A DNA stretch of 64,000 bases from Dehalococcoidia bacterium (GTDB lineage: Bacteria; Chloroflexota; Dehalococcoidia; Bin125). The notes under the pieces are model-generated. The model ran no database searches. It was given only the letters and a program-made list of their open reading frames with translations, and was not told where the DNA came from. The position numbers and the translations under genes were made by a program. Of the stretch, positions 43,718-56,200 are shown piece by piece. The stretch spans positions 339,294 to 403,293 of the forward strand of contig OZ242037.1 in the NCBI GenBank assembly GCA_965205165.1. The letters are read 5' to 3'. Each line of letters opens with the position of its first letter. Within the stretch, counting starts at the first letter, position 1.

Positions 43718-44695
43718 ATGACCACGGCGCTCGCATCCAACCTCCATGCCCGCCCGACCGGGCCCGACCTCTCGGTCGACGCGGCGCCGGGGGCGAAGCG
43801 GGACTTGGTGCTGCGCAATCCCGTGATGACCGCATCGGGGACGGGCGGGAACGGGCGCGAGCTGGCGCGGCTCTTCGACGTCTCGCGGCTGGGCGCGCTG
43901 GTCTCGAAGGGGCTGACCCTGCGGCCCAAGCGCGGGAACCCGCGACCGCGGATCGCGGAGACGCCGGCCGGGATGCTCAACACGATCGGGTTCCAGAACG
44001 TCGGCCTGCGCAAGCTGCTGCGCGATGTCGCGCCGGTCTGGGAGGCTTGGGACGTTCCCATCATCGTGAACATCATGGGCGACACGCCGGACGAGTTCGC
44101 GGTGCTGGCGGAAGCGCTGGACGGCGCGCCGGGCGTCGCCGCGCTGGAGGTCAACGTCTCCTGCCCGAACTTGGATTCGGGCGGGATCGAGTTCGGGCGC
44201 GACCCCGTGCAGGCGGCGCGGGTGACGGAGGCCGTGGCCACCGCGACGACCCTGCCCGTGATCGTGAAGCTGACGCCCGACGTGACGGACATCCGCGTCG
44301 TGGCGCGGGCGGTCGAGGCGGCCGGCGCGCACGCGGTCTGCGTGGCCAACTCGTTCGTGGGCATGTCGATCGATGTGCGGCGGCGCGCCCCGCGGACGGC
44401 GCGGCCGGTCGCGGGGCTGACCGGGCCGGCGATCAAGCCGCTGGCGCTGCGGCTGGTCTGGCAGGCGGCGCAGGCGGTGGAGATACCGGTGATCGGCTGC
44501 GGCGGAATTTCGACCGGGCGCGACGCCGTGGAGTTCCTGCTGGCCGGCGCGACGGCGGTGCAAGTGGGGACGGCCTCGTTCCGTGACCCGTTCGCGCCGG
44601 TCCGCGTCGTCGAGGAGATCGCGGATTATTGTCGGGAAGAAGGCGTCGCGCAGGTCGCGGACCTGATCGGCGCCCTGCGCATCGACGGGGTGTAG
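43718..44695 (+). CDS. pyrD: dihydroorotate dehydrogenase, class 1 catalytic subunit
   Basis: 325 aa with NPVMTASGT, GMLNTIGFQN, LEVNVSCPN, VKLTPD, NSF, GLTGPAIKP and GCGGIS, all typical of class 1 PyrD. Confidence 0.92.
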   Translation: MTTALASNLHARPTGPDLSVDAAPGAKRDLVLRNPVMTASGTGGNGRELARLFDVSRLGALVSKGLTLRPKRGNPRPRIAETPAGMLNTIGFQNVGLRKLLRDVAPVWEAWDVPIIVNIMGDTPDEFAVLAEALDGAPGVAALEVNVSCPNLDSGGIEFGRDPVQAARVTEAVATATTLPVIVKLTPDVTDIRVVARAVEAAGAHAVCVANSFVGMSIDVRRRAPRTARPVAGLTGPAIKPLALRLVWQAAQAVEIPVIGCGGISTGRDAVEFLLAGATAVQVGTASFRDPFAPVRVVEEIADYCREEGVAQVADLIGALRIDGV

Positions 44696-44762
44696 CTCAG
44701 TCTGGCAGAGCACGCGGTTTGGGGCCGCGAGGCCGGCGGTTCGAATCCGCCCACCCCGACCA
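44686..44762 (+). tRNA. tRNA-Pro(UGG): tRNA-Pro, anticodon UGG, CCA encoded
   Basis: Hand-folded cloverleaf:
- acceptor stem CGGGGTG/CACCCCG
- D arm GCTC-AGTCTGGCA-GAGC
- anticodon arm CGCGG-TTTGGGG-CCGCG (TGG at positions 34-36, G37)
- variable loop AGGCC
- T arm GGCGG-TTCGAAT-CCGCC
- discriminator A followed by CCA
The first 10 nt overlap the pyrD 3' end. Confidence 0.9.
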
Positions 44763-44835
44763 CCCTTTCCATCCACGCAGGCAATACCAACGCTCCCCCG
44801 CCCTTTTGCCGCTGACCTGCTTCCGCAGGCCCCTT

Positions 44836-47800
44836 CTAGCGGGCGATGAAGAGGAGGTCTTGTGGGTGGAGGGGGAAGTTTTGGGAGCCTGGGATGGGGT
44901 TGCCTTGCGGGTCGGCGGCGTAGAGGATCCAGCGGCGGCCGTTCCAGAGGTGGAGGGCTTGGGCGCCGGGGAGTTCGTCGAAGAGGTCGGCGGCGGTGGC
45001 GGTGGTTGCATCGGCGGGGGCTGCCCAGACGGTGAGGCCGCTGGTGGTGGCGGGGTCGGCGGGGCGGCCGGCGCCGTCGGCTAGGTGGGCGGCGGGGGAG
45101 GTCGGGTCTGAGGGCGGGGTCGGTTGGCCGGGGAGGGGTGCGTTGCGGGCGTCGATCGGTTCGACGGCGGAGGCGGTGGTGCGGGAGCCGTCTTGGGCGT
45201 CGAAGGAGATGATGGCGATGGCTTGGGAGGCGGTGACGAAGGTGGCGGTGGCGGCGCCGTCCTTGGTGGCCAGGGTGGCGCTCTGCTCGGTGGTGGAGTC
45301 GCTGGGCGGGTTGGCGAGCTGGAGGGGGGAGGGGCCGTCGGCGGCGGTGGCGCGGACGCGGATGGTGGTGCCGTCGGCCACGGGGTTGCCGTCGGCGTCG
45401 GAGGCGCCGACGCGGATGTCGAGCGTGCGGCCGAGCAGGGGCGGGCCGGCGGGGACGGGGTCGAGCGCGGCGGCGGGGCCGGCGACGCCGAAGGGGGCGG
45501 TCAGCGGGCGCAGGCCGGGCGGGGCGACCTCGAGGCGGTAGCGGCCGGAGGCGAGCGGGGCGGTGGCGGCGGCGACGGCGGTGATGCGGTACTTGCACTT
45601 GCTGGCGCCGGTTTGGCAGAGGCGCTCGATCGTCAGGAAGTTCTGCGAGACCGGGCTGCCGGCGGCGTCGAGCACGCGGGCCGTGGCGGAGGGCAGGGCG
45701 GCGGCGTTGCCGGAGGAGTCGCGGGCTTCGATTTCGAGTTCGATCACGTCGCGGTCGTCGTCGGGGGTGGCGCGGTGGTGGAGCAGGGGCAGGCCGGCGC
45801 CGGCGCGCAGGGCGGAGGCGGCGCCGGCGAAGGTCAGGTCGAGCGCGTCGGTGTAGAGCGACTGCGCGCCGCCGGTGGCGGTGACGGCGAGCGAGATGCG
45901 GGCGGAGCCCTCGCCGGCCGGCGGGGTGAAGGTGATCGGCAGCGCGGCGGGCAGTGCCGGGTTCGCGGCCACTGCCGCGGCGAAGCCGGTGCCGGTGCCG
46001 GCGTTGATCGTGCAGCTGCGGGCCGAGCCGGGGCAGAGCGAGCCGGAGAGCGAGCCGCGGGTGGCGGTGAGGGTGATCGAGGCGATCGCGGCGGCATCGG
46101 CCGCGGCGCCGCCGGCGGCGGTGATGCGGACTTCGAGGTTTGCCGTGCCGCCGCGCGGGACGGGGCCGCTCGCGCCGGCGGCGCGGGCCAGCGCGACGGC
46201 GGCGACGGGCGCGGGCTCGCCCACGTCGATTTCGGCGGTGCGGAAGAGCGGGCCGCTGGCCAGGCGGAAGGCGGCGGCGGTGTCGGCGTAGCGGTCGGTC
46301 GGCTGCGTCGCGGCGCCGGTGAAGAGGTGGAAGCGGCGCTGGCGGGTCGGGATCAGGCTGGCCGTGATGCGGACATCCTCGGCGGCGGAGGCGTCGATGG
46401 CGATGCTGGGGCGGTTGCCTTCGGCGTCGGTGATCCAGCAGGCGATGTCGCGCTCGCCGGCCGTGGAGGAACCCTGCTCAGAGGCCAAGCCGCAGCGCAT
46501 GCGGCTCCAGGCGCCGCCCAGCATCAGGCGCTTCGAGCCGTCGCCCGCGCCCTCGACGCGCCAGGTCGCGGGGCCGGTGATGGCGAGGTAGGAATCGGCG
46601 ATCAGCCAGGCCGCGGCGGCCGACGGCGGGTCGCCGCCGGACAGGCGCGAGAGGCCGCCGGCGCAGGCGTCGAGCAGCTTGCCGTTTTCGTCCAGTTCGA
46701 GGAAGGAGGGGTCGGGGCGGGCGCAGCCCCAGCCGGAGCCGACCGCGTCGACGGCGACGGTGAAGCCGGCCGCGACCTCGGCCGTGGCGCCGGCGGCGAT
46801 CACCCCGTCCGCATCGGTCGGCGGGTAGGCCGAGCCGACCGGGGCCGAGACGGCGGGATGCGCGATGGCGAGCTGGCCGACCGCGGCGGCCTCCTCGCCG
46901 GCGAAGCGGGCGCGGACCGTGATCGTGGTCGGGCCGGAGACGCCGAGGGGCAGCGCGTACTCGGCGCGCAGGTTGCCGATCGGGTCGGAGGCGGTCGCGG
47001 AGCCGGCGCCGGCGAGCAGCTGGGCGCGGCTGAGCGAGAGCGTGCAGCCGCTCGATGAGGCGGCGCAGGCCTGGCCGTTGTAGGAGAGCGTGCCTTGGCT
47101 GATCGTCAGCTCGACCGCCTTGGCTTCGGCCAGTTCGGCGAACGTTGCGCTCTTGACCCGGCTGGGCAGGGCCGAGCGCGGGGCGGGGGCGGCGGTCGCG
47201 CGCGAGTCGGCGCGGCCGATCGCGAACAGCGCGGCCGGCGCGGCGGCGGCGTAGGCACTGCCGGGGTCGCTCCAGTCGAGGTAGACGCCAGCGGCGCGCT
47301 TGCCCGGGCCGGCGAGGTGGGCGAACGCCAGCGTCTGCTCGATCATCTCGGGCGGGCTCGCGCCGGCGATCTCGTAGCTCAGCGTCACCGTGCCGGTCGC
47401 GCCGGATGCGGCGGACGGGACGTAGGCCAGCTCGAGCGGGCGGATCGGCTCGTTCGCTTCGGATGCGCCTTGGAAGGCTTGCAGGGCGGCGCTGGTGATC
47501 GTGCAGGTGGAGGCGTCGCTCTGCACGGCCGGCTGGTAAACGGGGTGCTCCGCGGCGGTCCGCGGGCAGAGGGCTTGGTGGATGATCTCGCCCGCGCTCG
47601 CCGTGATCGTGAGCGTGGTGATCTCGTTGTACTGGACCAGCTCGTCGCCGTTCGCCGTCGGCGGATTGGCGGGGTGCGCCTCGAGGCCGCGCATCAGCGT
47701 CGCCGCGAACCCGATCGGAGTGCCCCGCTGCGCGGACGGGGCGGTGCAGGCGGTGAGCGCGGCGTCGCCGCTGCCGGACTCGGCGAGCGTGCAAACGCGC

Positions 47801-50800
47801 AGGCCGGCGGCGGCGTCCGCGTCGGCGATCAGCGGCAGGGCGAAGGCGCGCTTGGCCGGGGAGACCATGCGCAGCTCGTAGACCGCGGTGCGGGCGCCGC
47901 CGGCGGCCGACTCCAATGCGATCCGCTGGACCGGGCCGGTGCCCTCGGACTGCTCGTTGACGGGCTGGGCCGAGGTCGGCCCCATTCGGCCGGTATGCGC
48001 GAGCTCGATCCGGATTGTGGCGGCGGCCGAGTACTCGGCCGGCACCGAGGCGGCGAACTCGAGGCCGCCGGGCGTCCGCGCGCCGCGCTGGCGCGCTTGC
48101 CATTCGGCGCGGGTGATCTCGCAGGACGCGGCGACCGGGCAGAGGCCGCGCAGCGGGGTGCCGTTGCGGGCGGTCAGCTCGGCGCCCGCGATCAGGTCGC
48201 CGGCCGCGTCCTGCACCCGGATCGTGACCGTCTCGAAGTCCGCGAAGGACGGGCGCAGCGCGGCCGTCGGCGCGATGTATGCCTGCCGGCGCGCGTTGTA
48301 CAGCTCCAAGGCCAAGGGGGTCGGGCGGCCGCGCGGTTCGTACTCCCAAACCGTGGACGAGAGGCTGCCGGTGCGGGGCCTGCCGTCCGCGCCGACCGGG
48401 GCCAGCAGCGGGTAGGCCCAGGGCGCGTAGATGCTGAACTCGCGGACCTTGGTCATCGAGTCGGAGCGGTTCACCGTGAGCTTCAGGCGCACCGAGTTGG
48501 TCGAGCCTTGCGGGATCGAGACCGCGAACTTGAGCGGATCGACCTCATCGTTGTCGTCCGGGCTCGCCTCGGAGTCGTAGGCCTTCAGCGCGGCCAAGGT
48601 GATCGTGCAGACGTTCGACGGCTCGGCCTCCGTGCAGGGCGCGAACTTCGCGGCGGAGTCCGCGGCCGTGATCAGGCCGCCGGACGGGGCCGCCGTGCCG
48701 CTTGCGCCGTCGAGCAGTTCGATCTTCACGGCGGTCGCGCCCGAGGCCTGGTCGAACTCCCAGTACTGCGCCGTGTTCGTGCTCGTGACCGCCTCGTGCG
48801 CGGTCTTCGCGGCGTTGTAGACGTGCGCCCAGATTCGCGTGCGAGCCCCCGCCTGCGCCCACTGCTGGTCCGCCGCCGGCGCGGCGCCGGCCGCGTCCGC
48901 GACCATCGCGAACGGCTCGGCGCGGGTGCCGCCGTCGAAGGGCAGCGCGAAGGTCTTGGTGCGCTGGGCCAGGGTGCCGCTGCCGGTGCGGACGACGGTG
49001 ACCACCAGGTTGGCGTTGCCGAAGTTGGGCGTCATGTGGTTGGCGGGCACGCTGAAGTTGAACTCCAGCGGCAGCGCGCGGTAGTGGCTGCCGGCCCGCG
49101 GCGGGCCGGCCGCGAGGAAGTTCGCCGACGTGATCGTGCAGACGTTGCCGACCGCGGCCTCCGTGCAGGCCGAAGCTCCGTCGTTCTTCAGCACCTTGAC
49201 CTGGGCCCCGGTGATCGCTGAGCCGGAGCTGAGGCTGTTCGCCATGGGCCGGGTCTTGACCTCGATCTTGACCTCGCTGATCGTCGAGTAGGACACCCGG
49301 TTCGTGCTCGTCGTGTAGGTGTTGAGCGCGGTCGCGCTGTCGTAGACCAACAGCTGCACCGGCGTGTCCTGGCCGCCCGGCCGGTAGCGCCGGAAGCGGT
49401 GCGCCTGCGCGTCCTCGCTCATCAGCACGTTGCCGGTCTCGGCCGTCCCGTCGATGCCGATCGGCCGCGCGAACGGCTGCGCGTTCGAGGCCGCCGCGGC
49501 GCCGCGCTTGTAGACGGCGTCGTCGGTGCGGATGCCGTTGTTGTGGCGCGTGAGCTGGAGCAGGAGGGTCACGTCCTCGCTGCTGGTGAAGGCGGTCTTG
49601 ATCGCGAAGGCGAACTCGAACTCGAGGCTGCGGCGCGCGTCGGCCGCGCCCGTGATCCCCATCAGCGTCTTCAGCGTCGCGCGGCTCAGGGTGCAGGTGC
49701 CGCCCGCGTAGGAGTTCTCCGAGCAGCCCAGCGCCGTCCCGTCCGGCTTGGTGAACACGATCTGCGACGCGTTCAGCCCGGTCGAGGTCTGCGGCCCGGT
49801 CGGGTAGTTCGCGCTCAGGATCAGCGCCGAGCTCGAGTGCAGCGAGGCGAACGTGGCCAGCTCCGTCGCCGCCCGGGCATCCCAGCTGGCGGTGGAGGAG
49901 GACTCGTAGAGGCGCACCGCGACCCGCTGGCGCTCGGCCGCCAAGCCGTAGTAGTGCTCGTTGTCCGTGCGGTCGCCGTCATCGTCGTCGTCCTGCTCCG
50001 CCGTCCCGCCTGACAGCCGCGGGTCGAGGGCCAGCCCGGCGTGGTCCGAGCGCGTGCCCACCGGCGCCTCGTACTTCAGCGCGAAGGTGCGGTCGCGCTC
50101 GCCCGCGTTCTCCACCCGCACGTGCAGGTAGACCGCCGCGGCGCGCGTCAGCGGCACCGTGAAGTAGACCTCCAGCTCGTCCGCCGCGCCGGCGGTGGCG
50201 GGCCAGCTGGCGACCGGGATCGTGCAGACGTTGCCGGCGGTCGAGCCTTCGGTGCAGCCGGTCAGCGCGGTGCTGCCGGCCGCGTTCGAAGCGAGCACGG
50301 CGCCGGTCAGCGCCGTCCCGGCCGCGTCCGAGGCGAGCGTGAGCTTGACCGAGTCGAAGGCCGTGGTGGCCGCCCCGATGCCGGAGCTGGCCGAGGTGTG
50401 GATGCTGATCCGCGCCCGGTCCGCGCCGCCCGTCGCGCTGAACTCGCCCCCGGCCGGCAGCAGCACCCCGCTGACCAGGTGGCGCGGCGTCGCGCCCGGG
50501 TGCGCCGAGACGGAGAGCGGCTCGTCCCAGCGCAGCGAGACCGCGCGGTCTTCCTTGCCCGACTTGTTGGCCGAGAGGTGGATGTAGACCGCGCCGGCGT
50601 GCGCGTCCGGGATCGTGAAGTAGATCGAGTCGAGCGCGTTGGTGCCGGTGCAGCTGTTGGCGCACATGATCGCGGTGCCGCTGCTGTTGGTGAAGGTCGC
50701 GTTGCTCAGCAGCGTGTTGCCGGCCGCATCGGAGGTGATCTTGATCGCGTAGCCGTCGAAGGCGGCGCCGACAGCGTTCGCGTGCGAGCCGTCGTACGAG

Positions 50801-53225
50801 GTGCGGGCCTGGTTGCGCAGGAAGACCGCGGCGTAGTTCAGGCCGGCCTCGGGCTGCCAGCGGCGCGTGTTCGCTGACAGCGTGCCGCTCTCGAAGGTCG
50901 ACGAGGTCGGCTGCGGGACGAGCAGCGGCCAGGCGGCGACGTATGGGGGCTGGTAGGGGATCGCGAAGGTCTGCGCGTGGCCGGCCGCGTTGCCCACGGT
51001 CACGTGCAGGTAGGCGCTGGTCAGGCGCGAATCGGGCACCGTGAACCAGATGTCCAGCGCGTCCGCGGTGCCGCCCGTGGCGGGCCAGTTGTTGATCACG
51101 CAGGTCGCGCCGGAGGCGGCGCACTGCGGGAGGCGCGCGCCCGATGAGTTGACGATCGCCGCGCCGCTCACCTCGGTGCCGCCGTCGGAGCCGGTCGCGA
51201 TCCGGATCGTGACCCGGTTGAAGTCCGCGCTCGAGGCGTTGGCCGCGCCCGATGTGTAGGTGTTCGAGTGCCAGGCGTCGCGCAGGTAGACCGTCGCCTT
51301 GTTGCGCGCCGCCTGGGAGGCGAAGTTTTCGGTGCGCGAGGTGAGCGTGCCGCCCTCGTGCGCGTCGGTGGTCGGGTGGCGCGGGACGGCGATGGGGTAG
51401 ACCGGCAGCGGCGGGCCGTATTGGAGCGCGGTGGCGCGGACCGACTTGCCGTTGGTCGCGGGGGTGGCGCTGACCACCACGTAGGCGGGGGTCGAGACGG
51501 TGTTGGGCACCGAGAAGTAGAAGCTCAGCCCGCCGGTCGCGGGCCAGTTGGCGACCGCGATCGTGCAGGCGTTGCCCACGGAGGCGCAGCCGGTCACGGC
51601 GGTGGTGCCGCCCGCGTCGGAGGAGATCTCGGCGCCGGCGAGGGCGGTGCCCTGGGCATCGGAGGAGATCGTGATCGTGACGTTGGTCACGACCGAGCTC
51701 GCCGCGTTCGCGTCGGCGGCGTTGTACTCGTCATCGTGCCAGGCATCGCGCAGGTAGACGGTGACCTCTTGCGCGACGCCGCCGGGCGAGAAGTTGCGGC
51801 TGCCGGCGGCGAGGTTCGTGCCGTCGGCGGTGCCGGAGGGGACGACCAGCGCGTAGGCGACCACGGGGCTGTCGTAGCGGACGGAGAAGACCTGATCTTC
51901 CTTGCCGCTCTCCTGCACCGTCGCGACCAGCCAGACCGCGCCGTGCTGGCTGGGCACGGTGAAATGGACGTTCTGCACCAGCGTGCGCAGCGGCGAGCCC
52001 GTGGCCGCCTGCGGCCAGCTGGCGCTGGGGATCGTGCAGACGGGGCCCTGCGAGGTCTCGCTGCAGTCGGAGAGCACGCTGCTGCCGCCGGTCGAGCCGG
52101 TGAAGACCGGCCCGCTGGCCGAGGTCGAGCCGTCCTCCGCGGTAGCCAGGCGCAGGATCACGCGGTCGAAGGCAGAGCGCTCGACCAAGGTCGCGCCCGA
52201 CGAGTACGTGTTCGAGTGGCGGGCGAAGCGCAGGTAGACCTCGGCCGAGTTCACCGCGCCGGCCGCGGCCCAGTCGCGGGTCGCGGTCTTCACGTCGCCG
52301 GTCTCGCGGGTGCCGCCCGGGGCGGGCACGACCAGCGGCCAGACGCGCAGGTAAGGGTCGTACTTGAGCGAGAACTCGCGGTCGCGCTCGCCCGCGTTCT
52401 CTACCCGCACGTGCAGGTAGACCGCGCCGTCCTGCGTCGCCGGCAGGCGGAAGTAGAGGTCCAGATCGTCCGCGTTGCCGCCCGTCGCCGGCCAGCTCGA
52501 AGCGGGGATCGTGCAGGTGTTGCCCGCCGTCGCGCCCTCCGTGCAGCCGGTCAGCGCGGTCGGGCTGCTCGCCGCTCCGTCCGAACTGAGCACCGCGTTG
52601 GCCAGCGCCGTGCTGCCGTCCGCGTTCGAGGCGACCGTGATGATCACGCGGTCGAAGTCGGCGATGGCTGCGCCCGCGCTGGAGCCGGACGCGGCGCGGA
52701 CGCTGATCCGCGCCCGGTCCGCGTTGCCGTCGCGGTCGTACTCGCCGGCCGACGCGATCACCGTCCCGCCCGAATCCTGCGGCCGCGCCAGCGGATGCGC
52801 CGAGACCGTCGCCGGCGCGTCCCACTTCAGCGAAACCGCGCGGTCCAGCTTGTCCGCCTTGTTCACGGAGAGATGCACGTAGACCGCGCCGGTGTGCGCG
52901 TCGGGGATCGTGAAGTAGCGCGTGTCGAGCGCGTTGGTGCCGGTGCAGCTGTTGGCGCAGGTCTCCGCGGTGCCGGAGGAGTTGGTGAAGGTGGCGTTGC
53001 TCAGCAGCGTGTTGCCGGCCGCGTCGGAGGTGATCTTGATCGCGTAGCCGTCGAAGGCCGCGCCGAGCGCATTCGCGTGCGCGCCGTCGTACGTGGTCCG
53101 CAGCTGATCGCGCAGGAAGACCGCGATCTGGTTCAGCCCGCCCTCCGGCAGCCAGCGCCGCGTGTTGGACGAGATCGTGCCGCTCTCGAAGGTGCTGGAC
53201 GTCGGCTGCGGCACGATCAGCGGCA
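44836..53225 (-). CDS. giant repetitive secreted/cell-surface protein, C-terminal ~2,796 codons (continuation of ORF 53217..60434 after a 1-nt frame shift)
   Basis: The sense-looking part of track ORF 44836..55251 begins at ...PLIVPQPTSSTFESG. That continues the module series of the upstream ORF. It contains ~150-aa modules with a C-x(4-8)-C-(T/V)-I...(N/S)WP motif. Next come degenerate modules and an acidic linker (EQDDDDDGD). Two invasin/Big_1-like segments follow (IEARDSSGNAA..., VGASDADGNPVADGTTIRVRA...TKDGAATATFVTAS), then an unassigned ~65-aa C-terminus. Confidence 0.85.
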
Positions 53226-56200
53226 GGCGCGGATGTAGGGCGACTGGTACTTCACCGCGTAGGTCTGCACCTCGTTCTGCGCGTTGCGCACCGTCACGTG
53301 CACGTAGGCGTCTTCCTGGTACGCCGCGGGCAGGCTGAACCACATGTCCAGCGCGTCCGCCTTGCCGGCCGTCGACGGCCAGCTGCTGATCACGCAGGTC
53401 GCGCCCGTTGCCGCGCATTGCGTCAGGCGGCCGCCCGATGCGTTGCTGATCAGCGCACCGCTGACCGCGGTCATCCCGTCCGAGCCGGTCGCGATCCGGA
53501 TCGTGACGCTGTTGAACTCGCTGGAATCCGCGTTGGTCGCGCCCGATGCGTACATGTGCGAGTGCCACGACTCGCGCAGGAACACCGTCGCCTTCTGGCG
53601 CGCGGCGCTCGCCGCGTAGGCGCCCGTGCGGGCGGAGAGGTCGCCCGTCTCCAGCACGTCGCTGGAGTTGCGCGGCACGACCAGCGGGAAGACCGGCAGC
53701 GGCGGGTCGTACTTCAGCGCGAAGATCCGGTTCAGCTTGCCCGTCGCCGACGGATCCGCCTCCACCACCACGTAGACCGGGCCCGAGGTCGTGCCCGGCA
53801 CCGAGAAGTACAGGTCCAGCCCGCCCGTCGCCGGCCAGTTCGCCGACGTCACCGTGCAGGTGTGGCTGGCCGAGGTCTCCGTGCAGGCGCTCACCGCCGT
53901 CGGCGTCGCGTCCCCGTCCGAGGAGATCACCGCGTTCGGGACCGGGGTCGCGCCCGCAGCGTCGCTGGTGATCTTGATCGTGACGTCGGTGATGTCCGCG
54001 GCCGCGGCGTCGGTGGCGTCGGCGTCGTAGACGCCGCCGTGCGGGCCGTCGCGCAGCCGCACGTTGACCTGCTGCGAGCCGCCCACCGCCGCGAAGGCGC
54101 GCACCGCCGCGCCCAAGTTGGTCCCGTCCGACGTGCCCGACGGCACCACCAGCGGGTAGACCGAATAGGGCGCGTCGTACTTGACCGACCAGACCCGATC
54201 CTCGTTGCCCGACTTCTTGACCGTCACCACCAGCCAGATCGGCCCCTGGTCCTGGCCCGGCACCGCGAAGTAGACGTCCAGATCCTCGGTCAGGGGCGGA
54301 GTGTCGCTGTTCTGCGGCCACGCCGAGGACGGGATCGTGCAGACCGGGCCTTGCGTCGATTCGCTGCAGATCTCCAGCATCTGCCCCGCGTCGCCCGAAC
54401 GGGCGAAGACCGGGCCGCTGGCCGAGGTCGCCCCGTCCTCCTCCGTCGCCAGCCGCAGCGTGACCGAATCGAAGTCCGAGCGGGCGACGTTGGTATGCGC
54501 GGCGGTGTAGGTGTCGGAGTGCGCCGCATCGCGCAACTCGACCTCCGCGTGGTTGACCATCCCCGCCGAAAGCCAGTTCCGGCTCTGGTCCTTGAGGTTG
54601 CCCGTCTCGCGGATGAGGCCGTCGAACGGCACCGCCAGCGGCCAGACCCGCAGGAACGAGTCGTACTTCAGCGTCGCCGTGTGGTCGCGCTTGCCCGCCG
54701 TCGCGATGATGTAGACGTGGATGTAGGCGTCGCCGGTGTGGCTGTCCGGCACCGTCACGTAGAAGTCGAGGTCGTCGGCCCGCCCGTCGGTGTCCGGCCA
54801 GACGCCCGCGCCGATCACGCAGACGTTGCCCACCGCCCTCGAAGCGCAGTTCGGGATCACCCCCGTGCCCGCCGGGTTCGAGGAGAGCCTCGCACCCGCA
54901 ATCGCCGTGCCCGACGTGTCCGATGCAACCGTGAGCGTGACCAGCAGGAACTCGGAGGTGAGCGCCTTCAAGTTCGAGCTCGGGCCCGATCGGAGCCTGA
55001 ACCGGACGCGGTCGGCCGCGCCATCGCTGTACTCGCCGCCCGTCCGGACCCCGGCGATGCTGCCGTCGGCATTGAGCGCCAGGAAGGACGGGTAGGACGC
55101 GCTGTGCGGCGGCGGGTCGTACTTCAGCGTGTAGGTCGTGCCCGTCTTGCCCGACTTGGCCGCGCTGTAGTGGACGTAGGCCGCCGCCGTGTGCGCATCC
55201 GGAATCTTGAAGTAGGCCGTCGCGTCGGCCGACGGCGTGTTGTTGGTGCACTCATTGAGGCAGGCGAGCGCCTGGCCCGTGGAGTCCGTGAAGGCCGCGC
55301 CCGCCAGCAGCGTCTGGCCCGCCGCGTCCGAGGTGATCCGCAGCGTCGTGCTGTCGAAATCCGCCACCGCCGCGTTGGCGTGCGCCGCGACGTACTGACT
55401 TCGCGGCCGGTCGCGCAGGAAGATGCGCGCCGTGTTCATGCCGGTCAAGTTGCCCTGCGTCGTCGAGATGGCGGCCAGCGCGAACCAGTACCGGCTCTGG
55501 TCGGCCAGCACGCCGGTCTCCAGGCCCGTCGCCGGCTGCGGCACGATCAGCGGATACGCCTCCACGTACGGCGTCGGGTACTTCAGCGCGAACCGCTGCC
55601 GGTCACCGTCCGCGTTGCGCACCGTCACCACCAGGTAGGCGTCCGTCCGGTGCGAAGTCGGCACCGCGACGTAGAGCCCGAACTCGCCCGATGTCCCGCC
55701 CGACTGCGGCCAGTTGGCCGAAGTCACCACGCAGGTGTGCCCCGCCGCCGCGCACTGCGTCAGCCGCGCCCCGCTCGAATTGCTGATCGCCGCCCCCGCA
55801 ATCCCCGTCCCCCCGTCCGCGCTGGTCGCCAGCCGGATCGTGACCTGGCTGAAATTCGCCACCGGCTCGTTGGCCGCGCCCGACGTGTAGGTGTTGGAGT
55901 GCCAGGCGTCGCGCAGGAAGACCGAAACCTGCCGCCGGCTCCCGTCCGTGGGATAGCTGCCCGTGCGCAGGCTCAGGTCGCCCGACTCGTAGGTCGTCGA
56001 CGTCGGCCGCGGCACCGCCAGCGGGTAGATCGGCAGCGGCGGCAGGTACTCCAGCGAGACCACCCGCTGGCTCTTCCCGGTCGCCGTCACCGTGACCACC
56101 ACGTAGACGTTGCCCGTCGTCGCGTTGGGCACCGAGAAATAGAAGTCCCGCCCGCCGCTGGCCGGCCAGTTCGCCGACGTGATCGTGCAGTCGCCACCCG

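Noticed and set aside
44763-44835. Integration (att) scar: a repeat of the tRNA-Pro 3' end marking an island that contains the giant gene
   Set aside because: I found no convincing second copy of the tRNA 3' segment (GGTTCGAATCCGCCCACCCCGACCA) in the window. The C-rich stretch at 60556..60575 (cccacccaacccaaa) is only a vague resemblance, and no integrase gene is present.
53217-53228. Programmed -1 ribosomal frameshift at the internal break of the giant gene
   Set aside because: The local sequence GCC TGC CGC TGA is not an X XXY YYZ slippery heptamer. Paralogous junctions show that a simple missing G in a TGG codon explains the break.
53226-55251. N-terminal 675 codons of track ORF 44836..55251
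   Set aside because: This part (MHQQHAVGRRDGLLQDSGCAHGGGLRPLQRG...) is an out-of-frame read of the 3' end of ORF 53217..60434. Module-like sequence in this frame begins only at ...PLIVPQPTSS, at about 53225.
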